Shown: positions 19,426-27,921, numbered from the stretch's first letter. The stretch: 64,000 nucleotides of DNA from Alphaproteobacteria bacterium CG_4_10_14_0_8_um_filter_37_21 (GCA_002791835.1 PFNE01000002.1:30456-94455), one strand, 5' to 3'. The notes: generated by a model from the letters alone, not told the origin. Program-made: numbers and translations.

Positions 19426-19758
19426 TCAACAAAAGGTAACTGCCATTTTTTTTAATTCTATATATTCTAACAACGATTGTTCATGCAGAACCCCGTATTG
19501 TTTATTTAACGCACGCCCAATATACATAAGCTTCATGCAACCAGGCTCTACGTATTCAACGCCACCTAAAAGATGACCTTTAAAAAATACAGTGTTATTA
19601 CAAAGCAGTGTTATAGAACTGGATGTCAGATTTTTCGTTTCACACAACAGCTCAATTTGTGTAAATTCTCCCTCTTGTGTTTTTAGTGTCAGTTTTAATA
19701 TTTTCACTTCCTCTGCAGCGCTCTCCCCCGTTTGTTCAAGTAAGCCTCGTAAATTCAT
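19426..19758 (-). CDS. Hypothetical protein (110-aa ORFan)
   Basis: Intact ORF, first gene of the 110/372-aa pair, transcribed divergently from eamA. No recognisable motif. Confidence 0.45.
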   Translation of the reverse strand: MNLRGLLEQTGESAAEEVKILKLTLKTQEGEFTQIELLCETKNLTSSSITLLCNNTVFFKGHLLGGVEYVEPGCMKLMYIGRALNKQYGVLHEQSLLEYIELKKMAVTFC

Positions 19759-19847
19759 AATTTTCTCGCTTTCATATCCTGGATTTGGTACTATCTAGTG
19801 ATTATATAAGTATTGACAATAAAACGAATCAAGCTGGGTATACATAA

Positions 19848-20801
19848 ATGACAGATACAACAACGACACAACAAGATTCTGTACTGCTGGATAGAATGTA
19901 TACGTTTCTACAAAAAAATCCTTTGTTTAAGTGGTTTTTTAAACCTGGTTATTTACAAGGCGTATTTTGGGCGAACATGATATCCGTTGTTGCCATATCA
20001 AATGATGTTGCTATGCGCTTTCTTGGTGAACGTTTAGATGTTATTGAAATTTCATTTTTTAGGTTTTTCTTTTCAATGATCGTGTTGTTACCCTTTATGC
20101 TTGGCCAAGGCAAAGCACTTTTTCAAACAAAAGTACCTGGTATGCACGCAGCACGTGGTATTGTTGGTGCTGTTGCCATTGCCTTATGCTGCTGGTCTGT
20201 GAATGTTATGCCACTTGCACAAAGCACCAGTCTTATGTTCATGCAACCGCTATTTTTCCTACCTTTAGCTTTTTTCTTTTTAAAAGAACACGTATCAAAA
20301 GAACGCTGGATTGCAACGCTCGTAGGTTTTGCAGGACTTTTGTTTATTATACGCCCTGGAACAAGTGAATTTCATGTTTATAGCTTCATTCCATTAAGTG
20401 CAGCATTTCTGTTTGCAACACTTGATGTTTTAGCAAAAAAAATGGTTGCCAATGAAAAAACGCTAACGCTTTTATTTTATTTTGGCTTCGTAACAAGCTT
20501 AATATCACTACCCTTTGTATTTTCAGTATGGCAAATGCCAACACAATCAGAATTTTGTTATTTAATACTACTTGGTATTGGTGGAAACTTAATACAGGTA
20601 TGCTTGTTCTTAGCTTTTTCAGCCACAGAAGCATCTGCTCTAGCGCCTTTTAGATATGGCGAATTTATTGTTGCAGGATTATTTGGTTACTTATTTTTCT
20701 CTCAAGTACCAACAACGACACTACTGATTGGGTCAAGTATTATTATTGCATCAGCTTTTTATCTATCTCATAAAGAAATTCAAATGGCAAAACAGAAGTA
20801 G
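19848..20801 (+). CDS. EamA/DMT-family transporter
   Basis: 317 aa with about 10 predicted TM helices and the two-EamA-repeat architecture typical of drug/metabolite transporters. Confidence 0.75.
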   Translation: MTDTTTTQQDSVLLDRMYTFLQKNPLFKWFFKPGYLQGVFWANMISVVAISNDVAMRFLGERLDVIEISFFRFFFSMIVLLPFMLGQGKALFQTKVPGMHAARGIVGAVAIALCCWSVNVMPLAQSTSLMFMQPLFFLPLAFFFLKEHVSKERWIATLVGFAGLLFIIRPGTSEFHVYSFIPLSAAFLFATLDVLAKKMVANEKTLTLLFYFGFVTSLISLPFVFSVWQMPTQSEFCYLILLGIGGNLIQVCLFLAFSATEASALAPFRYGEFIVAGLFGYLFFSQVPTTTLLIGSSIIIASAFYLSHKEIQMAKQK

Positions 20802-20945
20802 TCACCCTCCTATACTTTAAAGTGCATCTCCAACAGTGGCTGCATATTTAATGACCAGCTAAAAAAATCTTAATATATTTAAGAACCTAAAAAGCTGATA
20901 TTAAGTTACCTGTTTTTTAAAATATAGCTCAATACTGTTCATGCC

Positions 20946-21455
20946 TTAAATTTCATTTAAATGAAGGGTCCACTCATTTTCCATGGACCATTCTTTTGTT
21001 TTTAATGAAAAATCAGTTATACGCATGTCTAAATAAGGGCGATACGTTACAAAAAAATCCCGATCACGACTTAGTCGTATAGATTTATCAATTGTTATTT
21101 TCCTGCCCAATTGTGAGAAAGGCAGATTATTTTGATCACTATCTATAACGGCAACAGATCCAGATACATCCTGTCTACTTATTGTATGAATACCGTTTTC
21201 TATCTTCTCCCAAAGGCGTTGAATACAACCAACTCGCACCACAGATCCTGGGCTGAAATTATCAACCGCTAAAACACTTTTATCTTTTGCCTCAATTATT
21301 GTTTTGTATTTTAACGCCTTTGGCCCAAGATGCAGCAGCTCACCATTTACTGTACGTGCCATTTGTCCTAATTGAATTGGTTTTAAAGTCTGTACGCAAC
21401 CACGTGCAGAAAAAGGAGGCAACCCCCCTGTGCTAAATGTTAAAACTGTTTCCAC
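20946..21455 (-). CDS. Hypothetical protein at the tail-tube position of the head-neck module
   Basis: 169 aa. GTG start preceded by a strong SD (GAGGGGG). It follows the DUF3168-like gene in the same orientation. I see no similarity to TP901-1/lambda-V type tube proteins. Confidence 0.5.
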   Translation of the reverse strand: METVLTFSTGGLPPFSARGCVQTLKPIQLGQMARTVNGELLHLGPKALKYKTIIEAKDKSVLAVDNFSPGSVVRVGCIQRLWEKIENGIHTISRQDVSGSVAVIDSDQNNLPFSQLGRKITIDKSIRLSRDRDFFVTYRPYLDMRITDFSLKTKEWSMENEWTLHLNEI

Positions 21456-21465
21456 TAAATCCCCC

Positions 21466-21579
21466 TCAATACCAAAAAGGTAAAGGCGCTATTAATAGCG
21501 TTTCCCTCTGTGTTAAATATTGATCAAAAAAAAGGGCTAGATCATCTGGATCTAACCCTTGTATTATATTATTTTTCAT
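21466..21579 (-). CDS. Possible 37-aa micro-ORF
   Basis: Own translation: MKNNIIQGLDPDDLALFFDQYLTQRETLLIAPLPFWY. Its TGA stop overlaps the SD of the 169-aa ORF, which suggests coupling. It is below the ORF-track size cutoff. Confidence 0.3.
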   Translation of the reverse strand: MKNNIIQGLDPDDLALFFDQYLTQRETLLIAPLPFWY

Positions 21580-21661
21580 AATTTACCTATTTAATCGAAG
21601 TGCCAAGTAACTTACCCTGACAAATATCCTCTTTTACGCTTCGCCATGGGTTCTTCTCCCT

Positions 21662-22066
21662 TTATCCACGAACAAGAACTTCATAATAGTCTTCAACCAA
21701 ACGTGGTGTATTTTGTTTAGGTAAATCTATCACACTATTTGACAAGCGAATTGTTGCACGCATACCGTCTTTTACAATAATTGTTTTACCATCCATTAAT
21801 TTCTTAATATCATCAGCAGTATTAAGATTTTTATTATTGGTAGGGGTGTTACTAATAACGGATGTTTTTATTTTTAATCGTGCATGCCCACAATCAGTCC
21901 CTAATTTTAAGGAAGTCCAAATTTCTTCTAGCTCTAATAAAACTGCAGGTGGTTCAGTTTCAGGTGGGTATGCAAGATGAATTTTTTCTTTTAAGCCGTG
22001 CCTAATAATACTTTCATCTTCTGTTAATAAAGTCCTTATTGCGGACAAGACGCCGTAATCAGCCAT
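21662..22066 (-). CDS. DUF3168-like protein (tail-terminator / g8 position)
   Basis: Likely start is the ATG at 22066 (MADYGVLSAIRTLL...) with a GGAGA SD 7 nt upstream. The track start at 22126 would overlap the adaptor gene. At about 134 aa, its size, position and N-terminal pattern fit DUF3168/gpU-position proteins. Confidence 0.45.
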   Translation of the reverse strand: MADYGVLSAIRTLLTEDESIIRHGLKEKIHLAYPPETEPPAVLLELEEIWTSLKLGTDCGHARLKIKTSVISNTPTNNKNLNTADDIKKLMDGKTIIVKDGMRATIRLSNSVIDLPKQNTPRLVEDYYEVLVRG

Positions 22067-22085
22067 TGTGTATCTCCATAGTGAC

Positions 22086-22451
22086 CTAACATTCAAACCC
22101 CAGGGTTTCGACCCATTTTCCATCAAACGATGGGGTGAATGGGGCGGCTAGTTTTATCAATTTACTATTAAACCTTAGCCCGAATAGAGTTGCTTGTAAA
22201 GCATCTCTGTTATAATAATTTCGCATAGCTATTTTGTACCACTTCTTGGGGAACGATTTGTCTAGTAAATTCCACTCATCCAAGCTCGCAGATTGTGCAA
22301 TTTTTCGCCCCATCATATTTACAGGCTTTATCCTTGCCCAATATGAATTTCCAGGTATTTTCTTTTCTGAAAATTCACCATTTTTATCCTCTTTTATTTT
22401 CCTAAAAATCAACTGAATTCGTGTGCGCATTTCGCCAATTTTATCGCTCAT
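22086..22451 (-). CDS. Phage head-tail adaptor / head-closure protein (SPP1 gp16 / Phage_H_T_join-like)
   Basis: 121 aa. The pattern MRTRIQL...YWARIKPVN...WYKIAMRNYY matches the LR.RI...WA.I.P...Y.I.IRY signature. ATGA overlap with the connector gene. Confidence 0.6.
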   Translation of the reverse strand: MSDKIGEMRTRIQLIFRKIKEDKNGEFSEKKIPGNSYWARIKPVNMMGRKIAQSASLDEWNLLDKSFPKKWYKIAMRNYYNRDALQATLFGLRFNSKLIKLAAPFTPSFDGKWVETLGFEC

Positions 22452-22999
22452 AAAATATCCTTTACGCGGTAAGGCTCGAGTAAATCGTTATAAAAATTTG
22501 ATTTTTTTATGGGTTCTCCGCCCCTATTTTCATATAATTCAGCAACAATTTGTAAAAGTGCATGCTTAATGGGTGCTGGAATATGTTTTGGATATATACC
22601 AAAACCAGCCTGATAAACAACTTCAACAAGTTGATCAGATGTTACTAACGTTAAAAGTGGACTATTATCCGTATCTACCAACTGGTAGCGTCGCACTGCG
22701 TAACGTGCAGATCCACTTCTTATATTTGTTACAGAATGTACGTGCAAAATATTTGGTCTGGGTAATTTTATTTCTGAAAAACCACCTTTTACGGCTTTAG
22801 GCTCACTTGTAAAAGAAAGTTTTTGTGTTAATAATGCCCTATTTAAATAACGTTCTATATATTCCGTTGCCGTTTCAATCAAATGCAACAAATATTGATC
22901 TTCCTCAGCGTGCTCTAATCGTAAATGCACCTTAACATCTTCCAATGTCACAGGATAAATTTCTGCTTTTTCAAGAATTTTTAACATGAATAACTCCAT
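22448..22999 (-). CDS. Phage gp6-like head-tail connector protein
   Basis: 183 aa. The N-terminus VTLEDVKVHLRLEHAEEDQYLLHLIETATEYIERYLNRALLTQ is the classic gp6-like (Phage_connect_1) motif. Confidence 0.7.
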   Translation of the reverse strand: MELFMLKILEKAEIYPVTLEDVKVHLRLEHAEEDQYLLHLIETATEYIERYLNRALLTQKLSFTSEPKAVKGGFSEIKLPRPNILHVHSVTNIRSGSARYAVRRYQLVDTDNSPLLTLVTSDQLVEVVYQAGFGIYPKHIPAPIKHALLQIVAELYENRGGEPIKKSNFYNDLLEPYRVKDIL

Positions 23000-23050
23000 A
23001 GTGATTTTTATAGCCCTGTAAGTAAATACAGGGCGAAATAATTTTGTTAA

Positions 23051-24142
23051 TTATTCTGAAAATTGAAGAACTTTAATTGCATTACAATCAACCACAGCGC
23101 CACCAACACGCTTTGTTGCATAGAATTCAACAAACGGTTTTGCACTATAGGGGTCGCGAAGTAAACTCACTTCACGGCGGTCAACAATTTGGTACCCCAG
23201 CTTAAAGTTTCCAAATAGTATTGGCGTTGATACCTCGCCAGATCGCACTTGATCCAGGGCATCGTTTAATACGACTGGAAAGCCTAACAATGTGTGTGAC
23301 ATACCATCACTTAATGATGGTTGTAGCAAATAACGGCGCGATTCGTCTTTTAATCCGCGAAGCATAGATAATGCTGATCGTGACATCATCCAACAAGCAC
23401 CCGGTAAAAAGTCACATCTCAGTGCATCAACAACTGCCAATAAGGCATCTGCATTTTTAATAGATCCATTGACTCCAGTTTTAATCATTTGCAAATGATC
23501 ATCTGATACTTCTTCAGATAAGGGGTAAGCAAGAATCCCTTTTGGCTTCTTCTCACCGTCACCTTTAATAAATGCCCTATTTTCTGTCATACTCATGGAT
23601 TCAGAAATTTTACAGCCAATCCATTCTTCTAAATTTACACTTGAATCGTCCAAAATTTTTTGGCTAGCGCGTGGCTTTGCATATAATTCATGAGTATGGA
23701 TCTGAATTTTTTTAAGCTCCGGCAAGTCTGTCTCTTGTCGGTCATCCATCTCAGCTGCCCAACCAACGTTAGCCTCTCCCTTATCCACCAATAATTCATA
23801 GGAATCAGAAGATACTTCTGTAACACTTGCTATCGAACGTAGAGAACTTCCCAATTTTAATTGGCTATGAATATTTTCAACCACAAAATTTGGTACCGTA
23901 TATTCGCCGCCATTGTTTTGTGTTGATAACGCCTTTTGCCCCACCCCTTTTGTTAAAAAAGATCTAAAATCGGCACTTTTTTCCTGTGTTTCAAAACTAT
24001 CTGCGGCACAAGGCATTGTAATGGCTGATCTTGTTGCATACAGTTGGTTCATTTTTCGCTCACTTTCTTGTGTAAATTGTGTAAATGTATTTTCTAAATT
24101 CTTTACAGAATTTTCCATATTTATTAATGTTGTTTCTTCCAT
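23051..24142 (-). CDS. Phage major capsid protein, HK97 family
   Basis: 363 aa. N-terminal coiled-coil delta-like region, then GGEYTVPNFV, LRSIASV, WAAEMDD, ELYAKPRASQKILDDS, TENRAFIKGDGEKKPKGIL and a C-terminal GGAVV. Directly follows the prohead protease. Confidence 0.85.
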   Translation of the reverse strand: MEETTLINMENSVKNLENTFTQFTQESERKMNQLYATRSAITMPCAADSFETQEKSADFRSFLTKGVGQKALSTQNNGGEYTVPNFVVENIHSQLKLGSSLRSIASVTEVSSDSYELLVDKGEANVGWAAEMDDRQETDLPELKKIQIHTHELYAKPRASQKILDDSSVNLEEWIGCKISESMSMTENRAFIKGDGEKKPKGILAYPLSEEVSDDHLQMIKTGVNGSIKNADALLAVVDALRCDFLPGACWMMSRSALSMLRGLKDESRRYLLQPSLSDGMSHTLLGFPVVLNDALDQVRSGEVSTPILFGNFKLGYQIVDRREVSLLRDPYSAKPFVEFYATKRVGGAVVDCNAIKVLQFSE

Positions 24143-24150
24143 AAATTCTC

Positions 24151-24696
24151 CTAATATAAAATTGTTGATGTTGCAACGGTTCTTGCCAAATGCTCCAAAG
24201 TATCTTGTAAATTTTGCAGTCGTTTTTTAATATTGATTAAACTTTTAACGCTCACGACTTTCGCTTTTTCATTAGCAGCAAAAGTTACCAACGAAATTTC
24301 TAACAAGTCTACTTCTGTTAAAAACTTAACCTTTTTACTATCATCAAAATAGCTATTAATAGGGTTATAGCCAATCGAAAGGCCTTCAATAACGCCTGCC
24401 TTTAAAAAAGCATAAGCTTCTTGTGCTTGTGGTACTTCCATTAATAAGCGGCCCTTCACATACAAGCCGTAAGCATCTTCCCTTGCTTCTTCCCATACAC
24501 CAATGGGTTTGTTTTGGTTGTGCTGCCAAAGCATCTTAAGCCCCTGAACAGGCCTTGAAGTTAGACTATTGGCAAAAGCACCTTTTTTAACACTATCTCC
24601 ATGATGATCCAAAAAATTAAAGACACTAGCATACCCCTCAAAAGTTCCATCTTCAGATAGATTTTTAATGCATAGTTTATGTGTTTTCGTTTGCAT
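24151..24696 (-). CDS. HK97-family phage prohead protease
   Basis: 181 aa. FEGYASVFNFLDHHGDSVKKGAF...MLWQHNQNKPIGVWEEAREDAYGLYVKGRL matches the prohead protease family pattern. SD AGGGAGG upstream. Confidence 0.85.
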   Translation of the reverse strand: MQTKTHKLCIKNLSEDGTFEGYASVFNFLDHHGDSVKKGAFANSLTSRPVQGLKMLWQHNQNKPIGVWEEAREDAYGLYVKGRLLMEVPQAQEAYAFLKAGVIEGLSIGYNPINSYFDDSKKVKFLTEVDLLEISLVTFAANEKAKVVSVKSLINIKKRLQNLQDTLEHLARTVATSTILY

Positions 24697-24716
24697 AAAC
24701 GCCTCCCTTTAGATAT

Positions 24717-24752
24717 AAAAAAACCCCTTTGGAACATATATCCCAAGGGGTT
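24717..24752 (-). terminator. Strong rho-independent terminator of the OMP gene, abutting the prohead-protease RBS
   Basis: Hairpin AACCCCTTTGG-aacatatat-CCCAAGGGGTT with 10 of 11 bp paired. A run of 7 T follows on the minus strand, and a T-rich tract on the plus strand makes bidirectional function possible. The T run ends about 7 nt before the protease SD. Confidence 0.75.
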
Positions 24753-24864
24753 TATTTTATTATTAAGGCTCCAGAAATATTAACGTTTAACCGCCAACAT
24801 TTCTGTCACTATAATCAAGGTAAATCTTATTCATGCAAAAAGCAAAGATTCATCTCCCAAAAAA

Positions 24865-25620
24865 TTAGAAGAAGTATGAAACACGTGCGATCACAGATTG
24901 TGATGTATTGCGTACTTTATCTGCATAAGCGTCTAAACCAAATGTTGATTCCCCACCACGCATGTATTCAGCACCAACAGACCAGCGACCCATTTTATAC
25001 ATACATCCAAGACCAGGCGTAAAACTGAAGCTCACGTCACTAAAGTTTTTAGTTTTTCCTGTCCTTTTTGACACAATCTTATGCTTTACATATGATTCGC
25101 GAAAGCCCAACATTAAAAATGGTGTGAAATTACCGTATGCATAACCCAGTTTAGCAAAAGCCAGCGCTGAGACTGGACGAGTTTGTGTATATTCAGCAGC
25201 AAAAGGAAAAGTTTGTGTGTTTCCAGCCTGGTCTATAACAACTTCTTGAGTCAAAGTAGTATCTACTTTTTTTCCACCAAAACCGGCAAAGATATCAAGG
25301 CCCAATCCCCAGACAACACGATTAGAAAGCGTCCAATAGTGTGTAATTCCTAAGCCTAAGCGTTTGTAATTATTCTTATATTTATGATCCAAACCTTCAG
25401 TTTCGTGTGTCAGTTTTGAATCCATCATCATCAAACCACCAGCTAAGGAAACGGCCCAACCTTGTGGTCCAGGTGCTATGGTTTTTGGTGCTGGTGCTGC
25501 AACTGCATCACAATAAATTTCAGATTTTTTTTCTTCTTTTTTCTTCGTTTCTACAGCGTATGATGACGTTGCAGATAAAACTGCAGCAAGTGCCAATACT
25601 GATGATGTATATTTTTTCAT
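24865..25620 (-). CDS. Outer-membrane beta-barrel protein (Omp25/OmpA-TM-like)
   Basis: 251 aa. Signal peptide ending SSYA, alternating amphipathic strands, and a C-terminal ...ARVSYFF with terminal Phe. Confidence 0.7.
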   Translation of the reverse strand: MKKYTSSVLALAAVLSATSSYAVETKKKEEKKSEIYCDAVAAPAPKTIAPGPQGWAVSLAGGLMMMDSKLTHETEGLDHKYKNNYKRLGLGITHYWTLSNRVVWGLGLDIFAGFGGKKVDTTLTQEVVIDQAGNTQTFPFAAEYTQTRPVSALAFAKLGYAYGNFTPFLMLGFRESYVKHKIVSKRTGKTKNFSDVSFSFTPGLGCMYKMGRWSVGAEYMRGGESTFGLDAYADKVRNTSQSVIARVSYFF

Positions 25621-25839
25621 AAAATATTTAACCTTTCATAGTAATTCATATAGCGTTAAAACATTTAACAGCTAATTCAAGATTAGAAAATAAACTATTA
25701 AAAGCCAATGGTAAACCCCCCCCTTATAAATTAAACAATTTATTATTTATATTCACGCAGGGTAAATACGCATAAAATTATCAATTTTAAAAAAACACTA
25801 TAGACATAACAAATTCAAAAGTGCTATAAATATGATATT

Positions 25840-25915
25840 GCCCAGATAGCTCAGTTGGTAGAGCAAGGGACTGAAAATCCCTGTGTCGCTGGTTCGATTC
25901 CTGCTCTGGGCACCA
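25840..25915 (+). tRNA. tRNA-Phe (GAA)
   Basis: GCCCAGATAGCTCAGTTGGTAGAGC...CTGAAAA...GGTTCGATTCC...TCTGGGCACCA. The cloverleaf was folded by hand: acceptor GCCCAGA/TCTGGGC, anticodon GAA, encoded CCA. Confidence 0.92.
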
Positions 25916-26046
25916 TTTTTTCTTCAAATACATTTACTATATTATTATTTATTTAAGTAATTGTGTATTTACTTCTTTTCCCAAAAAGAAGTTTTCGCTA
26001 TACTAGACTTAATCTGTATATATTTGCACACCCTAAGGAATTTAAA

Positions 26047-27525
26047 ATGGCACCTAGCTCACAAAAAGATAATCTACCGAACAACACATTTAATACAAAC
26101 GAAAATGGACCAAGAATATCGGTTGTCGGTGTTGGTGGAGCAGGTGGAAACGCAATCAACAATATGATTCGTGCCAAACTAGAAGGCGTTGATTTTTTTG
26201 CAGCCAATACAGATTCACAAGCATTAGATAACTCGCTTGTTCCCGCTGAAAAAAGATTAACCTTAGGTATGAATATTACGCAAGGTCTTGGTGCAGGGTC
26301 AAAAGCTGAAGTTGGCAGAGCGTCTGCTGAAGAATCTATAGATGAAATGATTGCATACCTTCAAGGTAGCAATATGGTATTTATCACAGCCGGTATGGGT
26401 GGTGGTACGGGAACAGGTGCAGCACCTGTTATCGCCAGGGCCAGCCGTGAAAGCGGAATTTTAACAGTTGGTGTTGTATCTAAACCTTTCCATTTTGAAG
26501 GTTCGCATCGTATGCGTACTGCTGAAAAAGGCATTGAAGAATTACAAAAACATGTTGATACACTTATTATTATTCCAAACCAAAACTTATTTAGAATTGC
26601 AAATGAAAAAACAACTTTTGCTGATGCATTTAAGATGGCAGATGATGTTTTGTATTCAGGTGTTCGCGGCGTTACTGATCTTATGATCATGCCTGGCTTA
26701 ATCAACCTTGATTTCGCCGATATTCGCTCTGTTATGGGTGAAATGGGTAAAGCCATGATGGGAACAGGCGAAGCTGAGGGTGATCGTCGTGCATTAGACG
26801 CAGCTGAAGCCGCAATATCTAACCCACTTCTTGATGACGTCTCTATGAAAGGTGCGCGTGGCGTACTGATTAATATCACAGGTGGTTATGATATGACTTT
26901 ATATGAAGTTGACGAAGCAGCAAACCGCATTCGTGATGATATCGATTCAGATGCTAACATTATTTTTGGATCAACATTTGACGAAAAATTAAATGGCCGT
27001 ATGCGCGTTTCTGTTGTTGCAACAGGCATTGGCGCTGTAACACAAACAATTTCTGTACCGCAAAATGCCCCTTTACAACAAAACGTTACGCAAACAGACT
27101 CTTTTACGCCACAAGCACCATCATTTAATCACTTTACAACACAGACACCACAGCATAGTGATAGCCAGTTTTCAGACCCTGTAGCCCCAGGACTGAATAT
27201 GTCAGATGAAAATAAGGAACAGGAAACACGCAATCCTGAAAAAAAATTTCAAGAACAGGAAGAAATCACCCTTAAAACAGAGGAATCTGTGCAAAAGGAA
27301 CAGACAACAGAATCCCCTATTTTTAATGCTTTGAAATCAGAAGAATACTCTAGCACAAAAGAAAGAAAACCTTCTCTCTTTGAACGCTTTACAGGTGCGC
27401 GAAATAAACCAGCGACTCAAAATCAAGGTGATAGTACACAGCCAGATACATCAGAAAGTTCAGAGGCTGACGAAAATGCTGATTATTTAGATATTCCATC
27501 CTTTTTAAGGCGCAATAACTCTTAA
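26047..27525 (+). CDS. ftsZ: Cell division protein FtsZ
   Basis: [13 protein letters not shown] and [13 protein letters not shown] motifs, a long Q/T/S/E-rich linker, and the conserved C-terminal peptide [11 protein letters not shown]. The start is taken at MAPSSQK; the track start at 25963 adds an implausible 28 aa. Confidence 0.92.
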   Translation: MAPSSQKDNLPNNTFNTNENGPRISVVGVGGAGGNAINNMIRAKLEGVDFFAANTDSQALDNSLVPAEKRLTLGMNITQGLGAGSKAEVGRASAEESIDEMIAYLQGSNMVFITAGMGGGTGTGAAPVIARASRESGILTVGVVSKPFHFEGSHRMRTAEKGIEELQKHVDTLIIIPNQNLFRIANEKTTFADAFKMADDVLYSGVRGVTDLMIMPGLINLDFADIRSVMGEMGKAMMGTGEAEGDRRALDAAEAAISNPLLDDVSMKGARGVLINITGGYDMTLYEVDEAANRIRDDIDSDANIIFGSTFDEKLNGRMRVSVVATGIGAVTQTISVPQNAPLQQNVTQTDSFTPQAPSFNHFTTQTPQHSDSQFSDPVAPGLNMSDENKEQETRNPEKKFQEQEEITLKTEESVQKEQTTESPIFNALKSEEYSSTKERKPSLFERFTGARNKPATQNQGDSTQPDTSESSEADENADYLDIPSFLRRNNS

Positions 27526-27590
27526 GTATTTCTTAAGAGTTACTATTTTATATTAAAAATAGTAACTCATTTTTTATTATAGGCCCGCAT

Positions 27591-27917
27591 ATGACAAACT
27601 TGTTTTTCGTCTTAAAATCATGGTTTACAAGAGAATTTGTTGGACAAGATGCGTTTGGCAACAAATACTACAGACATAAACATGATGCTAGAAAAAGATG
27701 GGTACATTACAAGGGCTATAATGACGCCACAAAAATACCACCACATTGGCATAGCTGGATACACCATAGCGCCCCGATTCCTCTAAGTGAAAATTTAGCG
27801 CCGCATTATACAAAAATGAGTTACCCAAATCTAACAGGTACTGGTTTTAAGCATATCCCAAAAAATACGACTTCGGCTTCAAAAAAACAAGCTGGATATA
27901 CAGCTTGGAAACCATAA
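27591..27917 (+). CDS. NDUFA12-like (NADH:ubiquinone oxidoreductase subunit 17.2 kDa family) protein
   Basis: 108 aa. GQDAFGNKYYR...RWVHYKG...IPPHWHSWIHH matches the NDUFA12 family pattern found in alphaproteobacteria. Confidence 0.75.
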   Translation: MTNLFFVLKSWFTREFVGQDAFGNKYYRHKHDARKRWVHYKGYNDATKIPPHWHSWIHHSAPIPLSENLAPHYTKMSYPNLTGTGFKHIPKNTTSASKKQAGYTAWKP

Positions 27918-27921
27918 ACAA

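Noticed and set aside
25840-25915. tRNA-Phe as the attachment site of the phage-derived locus.
   Set aside because: The phage-like genes lie on the 5' side of the tRNA, separated from it by an OMP gene. I found no direct repeat of the tRNA 3' end near 16.1-16.3 kb or elsewhere in the locus, and there is no integrase.
25963-26046. 28-aa N-terminal extension of FtsZ, and the overlapping 68-aa ORF at 25961-26167.
   Set aside because: The extension is hydrophobic and AT-biased and begins only 48 nt after tRNA-Phe. FtsZ homology starts just after MAPSSQK.
27050-27525. Low-complexity Q/T/S/E-rich C-terminal third of FtsZ as an unusual fusion or insertion.
   Set aside because: A long disordered linker ending in the conserved DIPSFLRR peptide is normal for alphaproteobacterial FtsZ.
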